Made by a program: the position numbers and the translations under genes. Below the pieces are notes generated by a model that worked only from the letters and a program-made list of their open reading frames with translations, did no database searches and was not told the origin of the DNA. A stretch of 63,865 bases of DNA, filler included, from Octopus bimaculoides (lineage: Eukaryota): the NCBI RefSeq assembly GCF_001194135.2. It is 9 parts of 8 records of this genome, joined end to end, with 100 filler letters (N's around TTAATTAATTAA, not from the genome) between each part and the next. Parts side by side here need not be neighbours in the genome. Positions count along the whole stretch, not along the records: positions 1 to 7,517 come from NC_069009.1; positions 7,618 to 17,825 come from NC_069004.1; 7 more parts are not named here. One strand, 5' to 3'. Positions 1 through 12,262 of this stretch are shown in pieces; the first letter of the stretch is position 1, and the number at the start of each line of letters is the position of its first letter.

Positions 1-41
<41 letters not shown>

Positions 42-42
42 A

Positions 43-539
43 CTGCAAAGACCCAGCAAATAAAGTGAGTTCATGGCTGTATCCTACACCAGTTTTGCAT
101 AACCAGCCCCAGCCCATTCAAAAGTACCTTGGATCGTAGGGCGATATGCTGTACTTGAGGTGACCTATTGAGTCAAGTACATCAACATCAAAATGAAAAT
201 CATATGGAAATTGTAGTTGTGATACACGTGCTGGTGGCACGTAAAAAGCACCATCCGAACGTAGCCGATGCCAGCGCTGCCTTGACTGGCCTCCGTGCCG
301 GTGGTACATAAAAAGCACCAACCGATCATGGCCATTGCCAGCCTCGTCTGGCTCCTGTGCCAGTGGCACGTAAAAAGTACCCACTACACTAACGGAGTGG
401 TTGGCGTTAGGAAGGGCATCCAGCTGTAGAAACACTGTCAGATCAAACTGGAGCCTGGTGCAGCCTCCTGGCTTCCCAGACCCCAGTCGAACCATCCAAC
501 CCATGTTGGCATGGAAAACGGACGTTAAACGATGATGAT

Positions 540-541
<2 letters not shown>
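43..541 (+). mobile_element. SINE-like retroposon with internal ~65-bp tandem units and (GAT)n tail
   Basis: Three copies of gtgc(t/c)(g/a)gtgg(c/t)ac(g/a)taaaaag(c/t)acc at 228, 295 and 357; motif ttggcgttaggaagggcatccagctgtagaaac; ends ggacgttaaacgatgatgatga (RTE-type short tandem tail). Confidence 0.6.
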
Positions 542-596
<55 letters not shown>

Positions 597-1198
597 GTGT
601 GATTAGATGTGCGGCAGTGAAACCATTTAAGTTTTGGCTGTAATGTTAATCAGCTTAAACCGCTGTGCATATCCAAGGGTGAGCAATAACATTATCTAAA
701 GAGCACAGCAATAAGAGAGAAAAGAAATACAAACACGAGCAGGATTGGATATTTCTTTATTTCATGTTACATACGTTTCGGTATTCGGTACTGCATGACG
801 TTACACAGTAGATGCAACAAGTAGATGGAGGTTAGAAGTGACGGCTATGAATGATGCGTGATCCAAGGGCGATGGGAAGGTGGAGGAAAATAGGAATTAG
901 TTATGAGGACGGAGGTGGGGGGGATTGGTTAAAAACACACGAAGCGGGATCAGCGAAGAGCAACGGTATAATAACAACATCAACACCACTGTTATCACAG
1001 CCAGGTAGACAGACAGACAGATACATAGGTATACAAGTAAATACGACGGCAACTGACATGTCTCTGTCTCTACTAATATATGCGTGCGTGTGTGTGAAAG
1101 CTTGCGTACGTGAGTGTGTGAGTGTCTGTCTGTATATGTCAATGCGCAAATAGCCCAATCGTACACAGAAATATGAGTACGTATGTAAATATATGTGT

Positions 1199-1334
1199 TA
1201 TTTCTTTACTACCCACAAGGGGCTACACACAGAGGGGACAAACAAGGACAGACAAACGGATTAAGTCGATTACATCGACCCCAGTGCGTAACTGATACTT
1301 ATTTAATCGACCCCGAAAGGATGAAAGGCAAAGT
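1199..1334 (-). mobile_element. SINE-A 3' portion
   Basis: Reverse complement matches 1519-1654 at 132/136 nt; core gcctttcatcctttcggggtcgat..aagtaccag. Confidence 0.85.
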
Positions 1335-1472
1335 GTGTGTGTGCATGGGCACGAGTGCGTGCGCAAATAACCCAATCATTCACGCATTTATATGTAAATA
1401 TGGCTAATATGCGTGCGTAAGTAAACAACTGCTAGCTCGTACACACACACAAACACACACATATATATTCTT

Positions 1473-1654
1473 TATTTCGTCTGCCGCTACGTTCTGAGTT
1501 CAAATTCCGCCGAGGTCGACTTTGCCTTTCATCCTTTCGGGGTCGATTAAATAAGTACCAGTTACGCACCGGGGTCGATATAATCGACTTAATCCGTTTG
1601 TCTGTCTTTGTTTGTCCCCTCTGTGTGTAGCCCCTTGTGGGTAGTAAAGAAATA
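1473..1654 (+). mobile_element. SINE-A (tRNA-derived; core resembles the Deu/Nin domain)
   Basis: B-box-like gagttcaaattcc followed by the core; same family recurs at 6358, 11555, 16993, 43291, 45057, 60931. Confidence 0.85.
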
Positions 1655-2263
1655 ACACATATATATTCTTATTAATATTTAGAAGCAACAGATTCACTGA
1701 AGACCCGAGAATTTCGTGCTTTACCACTTATACACACACACACACATACATACATTCATACACATACACACAGAATATCTATGTACACATACACTTATCC
1801 ACAAATACCTACACACACATTAATACGCCCACCACACACACACACACACACACACACACGCTCTCAAATCCTCCTCAAACTTCCNNNNNNNNNNNNNNNN
1901 NNNNNNNNNNNNNNNNNNNNNNNNNNNNNNNNNNNNNNNNNNNNNNNNNNNNNNNNNNNNNNNNNNNNNNNNNNNNNNNNNNNNNNNNNNNNNNNNNNNN
2001 NNNNNNNNNNNNNNNNNNNNCATCAACTTTGACAGCTTCAAAGTCTGAAGGTAAGACCCCCGCCAATACCGTATACCTATAATTACTTCCACAACAACTT
2101 TATAATATGTAGTTATATATATATACTTAACATATATTAATTATACCTTTTTCTTTCTTTAATTAATAGTTGTTAATCACGAATTGTAGAATTAATAGAC
2201 ATGTCAAGTTCTGTTAATCCTCTTAGCAATAGCAGACACACATACATTCCTGTACTTCGTGGG

Positions 2264-2305
<42 letters not shown>

Positions 2306-2424
2306 ATTAAGGGATCAGCAAATATTTGCTTCACCACATACCGAAGTTCAGAAATAGCAGCTAAAAAAGCTGAGACTCCAACAGGTAGCATTACTTGTAT
2401 ATATATATTATAAAGTTAGTAAGT

Positions 2425-2507
2425 GGTAGATTTTCAGATTAACACCCGCACGATTTTCACTCGGGGGTTAGGGTTTTAGCGTGCGGGTGTTAATCTGAAA
2501 ATTTACC
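2425..2507. mobile_element. 83-bp MITE, Merlin-like
   Basis: 28-bp TIRs (2425-2452 and 2480-2507, 1 mismatch) starting GG; perfect 8-bp TSD tagtaagt (2417-2424 and 2508-2515); internal ggttagggttttag. Confidence 0.8.
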
Positions 2508-2694
2508 TAGTAAGTTTTATATAATAGGCAAGTGTCATCTACTATATCTCCTGGAAACTAAAAAGAAACCTGTCATGTGTTTGTGTACACACACATATAT
2601 ACACACACATGCATGTATTTATGTAGACATGTGTATGTGGTTGTGTATACACTTGCGTATATGTATACGTATGTGTGTGTGTGTGTGTATTTTC

Positions 2695-3075
2695 AATCAT
2701 TTGATTGCGGCCGTGCTTCGACCCCAAGACTTATTCTTTGTAAGTCTAGTATTTACTTTATCGGTCTCTTTTGCCGAAGCGATCGTGGGGTGGTTATCAC
2801 AAACACACACACACAGTGTTTGTTCCCACCCCTCGACGGCCAGTGCTGGTTTGTTTATGTTCACGGTTTCACAAATTAAACCGGCAGAGGTAAAGAATAT
2901 ACACCCCGCCCGTTTTCGACTTAACCCTAAGCTCCAAAAACAGGTGGTGTACGGATTCTTTACCTTCGCCAATAAACCAATACAATAAATACTAGGTTTA
3001 AAAAAAAAAAAGGCTTGGAGTTAATTATTTCGACTAAAATTCAAGGCGTGCCCCAGTATGGTCGCTGTGAAATGC
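2695..3075. mobile_element. Two diverged SINE-B tail fragments in opposite orientation
   Basis: cgaccccaagacttattctttgtaagtctag...ttttgccgaa (minus, ~2695-2785); aataaatactagg...tcgactaaaattcaaggcgtgccccagtatgg (plus, ~2830-3075). Confidence 0.55.
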
Positions 3076-3377
3076 CTAAAATAAAAAATATATAGTAAAC
3101 ATTATATATAATGGTAAAATTTACCATATGCATTAATTATATACAAACTTTATATAAATCAAAACTTTAGGAACGTTTTCTATTTTACTTTTTCGCTTTT
3201 ATATTAATTGTTTTTGTCTTCTGGACACACTTTGTTAATTAAAAGTTAATTATAAGAACTTTTAATTAAGCCAATTTTTGCTTTCGACCGTGAAAACAAA
3301 ACAAAAAACAATTAGACATTTGCTAATTGTTCATGTAAATGGGTTACTGTTGTTAGTTCCTTATATCGCTAACTAGG

Positions 3378-4372
3378 TATATATATATATGTTTGTGTGT
3401 GTGTGTATATATGTGTATATATATATATGTGTGTATATATGTGTATATATATATATATGTGTGTGTATATATGTGTATATATATATATATGTGTGTGTAT
3501 ATATGTGTATATACATATGTGTGTGTATATATGTGTATATATATATATGTGTGTGTATATATGTGTATATATATGTGTGTGTGTATATATGTGTATATAT
3601 ATATGTGTGTGTNNNNNNNNNNNNNNNNNNNNNNNNNNNNNNNNNNNNNNNNNNNNNNNNNNNNNNNNNNNNNNNNNNNNNNNNNNNNNNNNNNNNNNNN
3701 NNNNNNNNNNNNNNNNNNNNNNNNNNNNNNNNNNNNNNNNNNNNNNNNNNNNNNNNNNNNNNNNNNNNNNNNNNNNNNNNNNNNNNNNNNNNNNNNNNNN
3801 NNNNNNNNNNNNNNNNNNNNNNNNNNNNNNNNNNNNNNNNNNNNNNNNNNNNNNNNNNNNNNNNNNNNNNNNNNNNNNNNNNNNNNNNNNNNNNNNNNNN
3901 NNNNNNNNNNNNNNNNNNNNNNNNNNNNNNNNNNNNNNNNNNNNNNNNNNNNNNNNNNNNNNNNNNNNNNNNNNNNNNNNNNNNNNNNNNNNNNNNNNNN
4001 NNNNNNNNNNNNNNNNNNNNNNNNNNNNNNNNNNNNNNNNNNNNNNNNNNNNNNNNNNNNNNNNNNNNNNNNNNNNNNNNNNNNNNNNNNNNNNNNNNNN
4101 NNNNNNNNNNNNNNNNNNNNNNNNNNNNNNNNNNNNNNNNNNNNNNNNNNNNNNNNNNNNNNNNNNNNNNNNNNNNNNNNNNNNNNNNNNNNNNNNNNNN
4201 NNNNNNNNNNNNNNNNNNNNNNNNNNNNNNNNNATATATGTGTGTGTATATGTATATATATGTGTGTGTATATGTATATATATGTGTGTGTATATGTATA
4301 TATGTGTGTGTATATGTATATATGTGTGTGTATATGTATATATATGTGTGTATATGTATATATATGTGTATA

Positions 4373-4405
<33 letters not shown>

Positions 4406-4414
4406 CTGTGTATA

Positions 4415-4447
<33 letters not shown>

Positions 4448-4490
4448 GTGTGTGTGTATGTATATATATATATATACATATATATATTTA
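3378..4490. repeat. Compound (AT)n/(GT)n microsatellite spanning a gap
   Basis: Direct inspection; source of the spurious YI/CV-repeat ORFs. Confidence 0.95.
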
Positions 4491-4528
4491 TAAATTCCCG
4501 CTGTTTTGTGAATATATACTCGGTGGTT

Positions 4529-4575
<47 letters not shown>

Positions 4576-5052
4576 GAATTGTAGTTTTGTCTGTGTATCT
4601 ATTTTATATAGTCGTTTCTTTCTGGCTGTAGTGTTTATATATACACCCGGTTTTATTACGCTGTTTAAATTGTTTTAGTTTGAGGGTGTTTTATATTTTA
4701 ACTGGTTCGTAAAATTTGGAGCTGTTTCTATATATTACATACAGAAGCTTAAATTACTGGGCGATCGTGTGTGTGTGTGTGTGTATAATATACACATACA
4801 CGTACACCATGGGCCGTCTTGATATGGACAAACCGACAGCTGCCCCAAGGTCTAAAGAGTCTAGGGACCCAATTTTGATGTATGTATTCCGCGGCTTACT
4901 GGCAATAAATGCTTTAGCATACGAAACATTGGTTTTCCCGAGGGTGCATAATGTTGCTAAGGCGACCCTATATACTTACAGAAATATATGTATATAAACA
5001 CACAACAGTACGTGTTTAATATATAAAATACACGTGCACACATATACATACA

Positions 5053-5093
<41 letters not shown>

Positions 5094-5094
<1 letters not shown>

Positions 5095-5359
5095 CTCTTT
5101 CTCTTTTACTTGTTTCAGTCATTTGACTGTGGCCATGCTGGAGCACCGCCTTTAGTCGAGAAAATCGACCCCAGGACTTATTCTTTGTAAGCCTAGTACT
5201 TATTCTATCGGTCTCTTTTTACTGAACCACGAAGTTACGGGGACGTAAACACACCAGCATCGGTTGTCAAGCGATGTTGGGGGGGGGAACAGACACAAAC
5301 ACATACACACACATATATATATATATATGTATACATATATACGACGGGCTTCTTTCAGT
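5094..5359 (-). mobile_element. SINE-B 3' part with internal microsatellite
   Basis: cttttacttgtttcagtcatttgactgtggccatgctggagcaccgcc...gcgatgttgg..(AC/AT)n..acgacgggcttctttcagt; homologous to 15545, 30461, 62915. Confidence 0.85.
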
Positions 5360-5649
5360 GTGTGTATATACATATACACACGCACACAAATGTATGTGTG
5401 TGTATATATATATATATATATATGTATATAATCTCCAAACATGTAGACGCTTCCATATAAATCTATACACATACATATATGCTTGTACACACTCCTATTT
5501 GTGTGTATGTATACATATAAATAAATATATACACCTACATATGCTAATCTACTTACACACATGCAAATACTCATACATTTACTTGTATATACACATACTC
5601 TGCTACACACTTTTCTATACACCATGTATTTACATGAAATGTATATGTA

Positions 5650-6050
5650 TTCTCACAGAAACTTTGTTCATTGCCCGCTTCTTAGTCACGAGATGCCGGT
5701 TTCTATTCTATAGACCGACACTTGTACTAAATTCTCGTACAAACTGAAAAATCTGTCGATTTCTGTCGGATGAAGCATATTTTACAACTGGCAAGACCAA
5801 TTTTCTTAAAGCCTGTCAAGTATATTATATTGGAAGGTTCGTTCAGGGTACATTTGACGGTATGCTTTTACATGGGGGCAACCCACCGGTTTTGGTCTCA
5901 CACTTGCCATTTCATGCCCGGCAATTTCCGCCTAAGTTCTTTTACTGTTATTTTCATGTCCTGTTTCAACCTGACATTCGCTTCGAAGTGGGTCGGGAGA
6001 TGGGGAAAAAGACGGGAGATGGCCCGTATTTGTTTTGTTTTGATTTTTGT
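5650..6050 (-). pseudogene. Possible Tc1-like transposase N-terminal remnant
   Basis: Minus translation EANVRLKQDMKITVKELRRKLPG...HTVKCTLNE...GFKK resembles the Tc1 HTH region; several stops; no TIR seen. Confidence 0.3.
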
Positions 6051-6357
6051 NNNNNNNNNNNNNNNNNNNNNNNNNNNNNNNNNNNNNNNNNNNNNNNNNN
6101 NNNNNNNNNNNNNNNNNNNNNNNNNNNNNNNNNNNNNNNNNNNNNNNNNNNNNNNNNNNNNNNNNNNNNNNNNNNNNNNNNNNNNNNNNNNNNNNNNNNN
6201 NNNNNNNNNNNNNNNNNNNNNNNNNNNNNNNNNNNNNNNNNNNNNNNNNNNNNNNNNNNNNNNNNNNNNNNNNNNNNNNNNNNNNNNNNNNNNNNNNNNN
6301 NNNNNNNNNNNNNNNNNNNNNNNNNNNNNNNNNNNNNNNNNNNNNNNNNNNNNNNNN

Positions 6358-6552
6358 CACACAAAGGGGACAAACAAAGACAGACAAACAGATTATATCG
6401 ATCCCAGTGCGTAACTGGTACTTAATTTATTGACCCCGAAAGGATGAAAGGCAAAGTCGACCTCGGCGGAATTTGAACTCAGAACGTAACGGCAGACGAA
6501 ATAACGCTAAGCATTTCGCCCGGCGTGCTAACGTTTCTGCCAGCTCGCTGCC
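6358..6552 (-). mobile_element. SINE-A with intact tRNA-like head
   Basis: Minus strand reads ggcagcgagctggcagaaacgttagcac (A-box-like) ... gagttcaaattcc (B-box-like) plus core. Confidence 0.85.
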
Positions 6553-6557
6553 CTATA

Positions 6558-6716
6558 GCTTCTTTCAGTTTCCGTCTACCAAATCCACTCACAAGGTTTT
6601 GGCCGGCCCGAGGCTATAGTAGAAGACACTTGCCCAAGGTGCCACGCGGTGGGACTGAACCCGGAACCATGTGGTTGGTAAGCAAGCTACTTACCACACA
6701 GCCACTCCCGCGCCTA
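6558..6716 (-). mobile_element. SINE-B head
   Basis: Minus strand: ggcgcgggagtggctgtgtggtaag...ggttcagtccc...ccttgggcaagtgtcttc (A/B boxes plus CORE-like cttgggcaagt). Confidence 0.85.
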
Positions 6717-7162
6717 TATGGGTATTCTTAAATGAAATTTTCTATAAATACCTTTCAGAGTGTGTAGATAACGATTATATCGGAATTTAATATGAAAAAC
6801 TAAACTGGATTCATACACCTATATAATGATATATTAAAACTTTTTCCGAAATTTCAAGTTTCATTTTGTAGAATAATCAAAATTTATATCAATATTGTTG
6901 AACATAAATACATATTGATACCAATCCAATATGGTACGTAATAAAGGTAATTAAGGAAAATAATTTGGAAGAAAAACATGAACAGGAATATTTTTTACAA
7001 AAGACAAGCAAAAAGGGAAGGTGAAAAAATTAATTATGCGAGCCCTAGGTCTATCGCCAGGCATTGGTGCCGACGGAGCTGTACTTCAAAATATTTTGGG
7101 GAGGCACTAATTTGCATTGTAATCTGTATTTTGTAAATTTGAGGGTGTAGTGTCATCTAGTG

Positions 7163-7429
7163 CAGGGGTTTTCAAACTGTGGTCCGCGAACCACAGGGTG
7201 TCCGTGGACAGCAAATACTTTTTATGGGCAATTTGATTTTATATATGTTTTTTAATCGAAATCTTTTAATTGACAAACCTATTTGTTAAATACTGTTAAA
7301 TAAATAAATGTAAAAATGTTATTTTAAGCAAATATTTATGTATAAATTTCATAAGCGTTTATAAGGGGGTCCCTAAGGTAAAGCTTGAAATATAAAGGGT
7401 CCGCAAGTCAAAAAGTTTGAAAACCCCTG
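7163..7429. mobile_element. hAT/Charlie-like MITE
   Basis: Perfect 16-bp TIR caggggttttcaaact / agtttgaaaacccctg; flanks atctagtg / atctttca (decayed 8-bp TSD). Confidence 0.85.
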
Positions 7430-7624
7430 ATCTTTCATGTATCTCAAAGCATATGGATACGCATGTTCTTTGAGTAGGCCTATATGTTATAATTGGTCTT
7501 TATTAAAGAATAAAGACNNNNNNNNNNNNNNNNNNNNNNNNNNNNNNNNNNNNNNNNNNNNTTAATTAATTAANNNNNNNNNNNNNNNNNNNNNNNNNNN
7601 NNNNNNNNNNNNNNNNNATATATA

Positions 7625-7743
7625 CGGCAGTCTTCTTTCAGTTTGCCTCCACCAAATCCACTCACAGGGCTTTGGTCGGCCCGAGGCTATGTGTAGTAGA
7701 AAACACACAGTGGAACTGAACCCGGAACCATGTGGCAGGGAAG
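7625..7743 (-). mobile_element. SINE-B head fragment
   Basis: ccaaatccactcacagggctttggtcggcccgaggcta...actgaacccggaaccatgtgg. Confidence 0.75.
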
Positions 7744-8624
7744 TTTATGTAAAATATACATATACAAAAAATATATATTTTAAACAAAAAAAAAACTAGT
7801 CATTTTCCTGAAATCTTCCCCAAAGAGCCTCAAATGTTGCGAGTTCCAAAATTCTGTCTAAGCCGAAAATGTATTTGTCACATCACATCGTTGTGTTTCT
7901 GCAACAGTGCGTCTGCTTCGTTAAATTAAAAATAAATATGGCTCTACCGAAATTGCTCTGTGTCATATAAATAATGATAGGCTTCAACAATCCCATTGTA
8001 TGATGCGTTTCTCAAAGTCTACTATGACGTCTCTAATTCTAATCCTAAGGCGGGGTGTGATGAATAGTATCTGTATGTAGACAATAAGTATGCCGGCAGT
8101 CATGAGATCCAAGGATCAATCCTAGTGCACAGTACTTTCTGTAAGGGTCTTCGATTATAACGTCAGCTTAACGTAAGCCTTGTGAGTAAAAACCACATAA
8201 GCATAAAGCACGAGGAAGCCCGTTGCATAGAAAGTTCTTTATTTCAAAGAGCCAGCCGTTGTCGAACGACGACATAAATGGTCGCTCATCTGCGCAATGA
8301 CAGGGGTAAAAAGTAATTTAGCTTCAATTTCTAGCATATAGAATGGATACAAAGAATTCCCCTCTTTTACTGAAGTCTACTACTGGAAAGAAGTTTCTTC
8401 AGTATGTCTTGCAGATTAACCGACCACTTAGAGGTCGAATTGGGAGCTATATCTATACGATTAAACAATAATGTTTTAGCTCCTCCTGGGGTCAATTAAA
8501 AAGCCTATATGTGAAATTATTCACTCTTAAGATGAACAAAGTGTTGTTCCAATTTTTTCTTTTGTTTCTTTCGCTTCATATTTTCTTCAACATCATAGTT
8601 TCGTGTATATATATATATATTATG

Positions 8625-8693
8625 TCTGTCTCTCTGTCCCCCCATCTTCCCCTACCTCTCACGCTCTCTCTCTCTCTCTTTCTCTCTCCCTTC

Positions 8694-8764
<71 letters not shown>

Positions 8765-9017
8765 CCGATATATATGTGTGTGTGTATGTGTATTTGTATA
8801 TATAATATACATATGTATATGTAGATATATATATAGATATATATGTATGTATATATGTATGTATATATGTATACATTCATATAAGTCTGTGCGTATACTT
8901 GTATATATGTGTGTTTGTGCGTGTGTGTATTTGTGTGTGTGTATGTATATACGCACGTACATATATATATATATATGTGTGTGTGTGCGTGTGTGTGTGT
9001 GTGTATATATATATATA

Positions 9018-9053
<36 letters not shown>

Positions 9054-9130
9054 CGAACAGAAATATATAAATATATACATATCCATATATATACATATGT
9101 ATATGTGTGCGCATGTATATATATATATAT
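8625..9130. repeat. (CT)n and (AT)n/(GT)n compound microsatellite
   Basis: Direct inspection. Confidence 0.95.
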
Positions 9131-9497
9131 ATCACTCTACATTATTCCAACGCATATCTCCGACTCTCACACATTTCATTTCCTTACTTCTTATGCGTTG
9201 TCCGCCATTCCTATTCTTATCCTCTCATTGTCTTTTATTCTTAAACTTTCTATTATTTTTCCATCAATTTCTTTATCATTTCAATATCCTCCACTTTTTC
9301 TCTTCTCCTCTCTTATCTATTCTTACTTTTATCTATTTTTATCTATTTTCCCCCTTTTTTTTTAACTTATTCTTTTATCCTATACATCAGTATTATATTA
9401 TTTTTTTTATCTACCTTGGTTATTCTCATCGATTTCCAGCCCTTTCTTCTGCCGTCTTTTCTTTTCTTTATAAATTTTTCGATGAGCGTTTTTAACA

Positions 9498-9545
<48 letters not shown>

Positions 9546-10360
9546 NNNNNNNNNNNNNNNNNNNNNNNNNNNNNNNNNNNNNNNNNNNNNNNNNNNNNNN
9601 NNNNNNNNNNNNNNNNNNNNNNNNNNNNNNNNNNNNNNNNNNNNNNNNNNNNNNNNNNNNNNNNNNNNNNNNNNNNNNNNNNNNNNNNNNNNNNNNNNNN
9701 NNNNNNNNNNNNNNNNNNNNNNNNNNNNNNNNNNNNNNNNNNNNNNNNNNNNNNNNNNNNNNNNNNNNNNNNNNNNNNNNNNNNNNNNNNNNNNNNNNNN
9801 NNNNNNNNNNNNNNNNNNNNNNNNNNNNNNNNNNNNNNNNNNNNNNNNNNNNNNNNNNNNNNNNNNNNNNNNNNNNNNNNNNNNNNNNNNNNNNNNNNNN
9901 NNNNNNNNNNNNNNNNNNNNNNNNNNNNNNNNNNNNNNNNNNNNNNNNNNNNNNNNNNNNNNNNNNNNNNNNNNNNNNNNNNNNNNNNNNNNNNNNNNNN
10001 NNNNNNNNNNNNNNNNNNNNNNNNNNNNNNNNNNNNNNNNNNNNNNNNNNNNNNNNNNNNNNNNNNNNNNNNNNNNNNNNNNNNNNNNNNNNNNNNNNNN
10101 NNNNNNNNNNNNNNNNNNNNNNNNNNNNNNNNNNNGTGTGTAACATGGTATAATTATAAACAGTGCACATTTTAGCCATTACTCCGCAGACTGAAAAAAT
10201 GATATATGTTTATATGAGTGTGTATGTGTGTGTGTGTGTGTATGCGTGTGTGTGTGTGTGTGTATGCATATGTATATATGTGTCTGCATGTTTATATATG
10301 CCGTAATATTGTCTCTCACTCTCCCCCTCTCTCTGTCTGTATATGTACGTGTGTGTCTGT

Positions 10361-10411
<51 letters not shown>

Positions 10412-10433
10412 CATACATACATACATACATACA

Positions 10434-10462
<29 letters not shown>
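10361..10462. repeat. (GATA)n(CATA)n tetranucleotide microsatellite
   Basis: Direct inspection. Confidence 0.95.
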
Positions 10463-10464
<2 letters not shown>

Positions 10465-10633
10465 CTATATGGGGAAATCTGTGTGAATTTATATACATAT
10501 AAAGGGCCATAGTTGAGCAACAATCTTTTTTGTCCATGGCACAAAAGATTGTCCAGCAGCTGACCTAGCTACAAACACAAACGTTGAATCATACCCACCA
10601 CCATGGAAGGCCACCGCAGACAACAGGTACAGA

Positions 10634-11536
10634 ATGGCCACCACTAACACCAACACAGATGTCACAAAAATATTTCTTTTAAATACCGGCAGTCTGTTGC
10701 GCCTCAACTGCAAAGCAAAAATCTCTTTCCTGAGGAATCTTGCTGCATGCAGTCGACCTCTATGCATAACACTTGTGGAAACGCATCTCAGAACTGATAT
10801 AGGGGGTGCAGAAATGCACATACCAAAATATGCTGTAATATATTTAGATAGAAAAGAAAAGAGCCATGGTGGAGTTGCTATATATATATCCGAGAGGACC
10901 TCATGCTCCAGGTCCTGCTATCATATTCAAACACTGTGTGACACTCATATTGTACACATAAGACAACATGTAGTATATATTGTTATATGTACTACATGTC
11001 GCCGACCGGATGCTCAAAATCATACTGGTAAGTTTGAAGACTGCCTGGCAGAGATATAAGTTCTGGAGCAATGCATCAGTGTATTCCTTCTGGGTGACTT
11101 TAACTTCTCCAATGTGAGATGGCCTGAGAGCCAGATGTTCTTAGGAATAACACACCACTAACAAGCACAGGTGGAGTCTCTGCTCCACCTTACCAATGCT
11201 TCATTCATGGAGCAAATTGTGCTGCAACCAACCAGGGCAAACGATATACTGGATCTTTTCTTCATAAACAATATGGACATTATCCATAATGTAAAAGCGA
11301 CACGGACGCTAGTCTCGGATCACAACATAATAGAGCTGTCTATGTATGGACCAAAAACTCCTGCAGATGTACATCCTATACGAAGCACCCGAAATCTCTC
11401 CAAACTGAACTTTCATAAATCAAAAAGTAAGTCGATTGAGAAAGAGATCCTCAAAAAAGATTGGCCCAAATGTCTCCCCACACCAGACATTGACATGAAA
11501 CAGACATTTCATGTCCATAATGCAAGTCATGTGTGA
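10634..11536 (+). pseudogene. CR1/L2-like LINE apurinic endonuclease domain (degraded)
   Basis: APE motifs LVETHL, DR..KSHGGVAIYI, LLGDFNF, QPTR..DILDLFF, SDHNII; in-frame stops. Confidence 0.85.
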
Positions 11537-11554
11537 CAAATCTGTCACACATGA

Positions 11555-11960
11555 CGGGCGAAATTGTTAACGGTATTTCGTCTGCCGTTACGTTCTGAGT
11601 TCAAATTCCACCGAGGTCGACTTTGCCTTTCATCCTTTCGGGGTCGATAAATTAAGTACCAGTTACGCACTGGGGTCGATGTAATCGACTTAATCCCTTT
11701 GTCTGTCCTTGTTTGTCCCCTCTATGTTTAGCCCCTTGTGGGCAATAAAGAAATAAGAAACGTTAGCACACCGGGGAAAAATGATTAGCAGCATATTGTC
11801 TCACCTTACGTTCTGATTTTAAATTTCACCGAGGTCGACTTCGTCATTTATCCTTTCGGGGTCGATAAAATAAGTACCAGTTGAGCACTGGAGTCGATGT
11901 AATTGACTATATCATCCCTCAAAATTTCAAGCTGTGTTCCTATGGCAGAAAAGATTATTA
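11555..11960 (+). mobile_element. Head-to-tail SINE-A dimer (11555-11755 and 11756-~11960)
   Basis: First copy ends aagaaata, immediately followed by agaaacgttagcac...aaatttcaccgaggtcgac...ggggtcgataaaataagtaccag with a different tail. Confidence 0.8.
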
Positions 11961-12190
11961 TTTACTATCTGTTTTCTGTCCTACTATAGCAAAATGTATA
12001 GAAAGTGTTGCTGTAACCCGAGTGTCATCAGAATACTAATCCCCTCGATATTAGAATTGTTATTTTTTCTTTTTAAAATGTAATATTCACCTCCGCTTGA
12101 TGATGATGATGGTGACGACGATGAATACTTGCCGTGATACATTGGTACATAAGGAGGAAATATCTTCTCTTTATAGATAATCTAAAATTG

Positions 12191-12262
12191 TGTGCTCTAA
12201 ATAGTCCTTACTTTGAGAGTCTCCTTTGTGTTCTAAATGATCCTTACTTTGAGAGTCTCCTT
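12191..12262. repeat. 36-bp tandem duplication
   Basis: tgtgctctaaatagtccttactttgagagtctcctt / tgtgttctaaatgatccttactttgagagtctcctt. Confidence 0.9.

Noticed and set aside
760-805. Hammerhead-like motif on the minus strand (gtcatgca gta-ccgaa-tac c gaaac gta)
   Set aside because: The core matches CUGAUGA at only 4/7 and stem II lacks the closing G-C; at best a decayed relic
3373-4584. Long ORFs of YI/CV/HT/ER repeats and X runs throughout the ORF track
   Set aside because: Translations of microsatellites and N gaps
5348-6569. gcttctttcagt duplicated at 5348 and 6558, suggesting one SINE-B split by an insertion with a 12-bp TSD
   Set aside because: SINE-B head fragments often begin at this position (7630, 15975), so two independent fragments explain it equally well
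7562-7573. TTAATTAATTAA islands inside N runs (also 17870, 30030, 38297, 46447, 56024, 60824, 62511)
   Set aside because: An identical 12-mer centred in 100-nt gaps and giving stops in all six frames; a scaffolding linker, not biology
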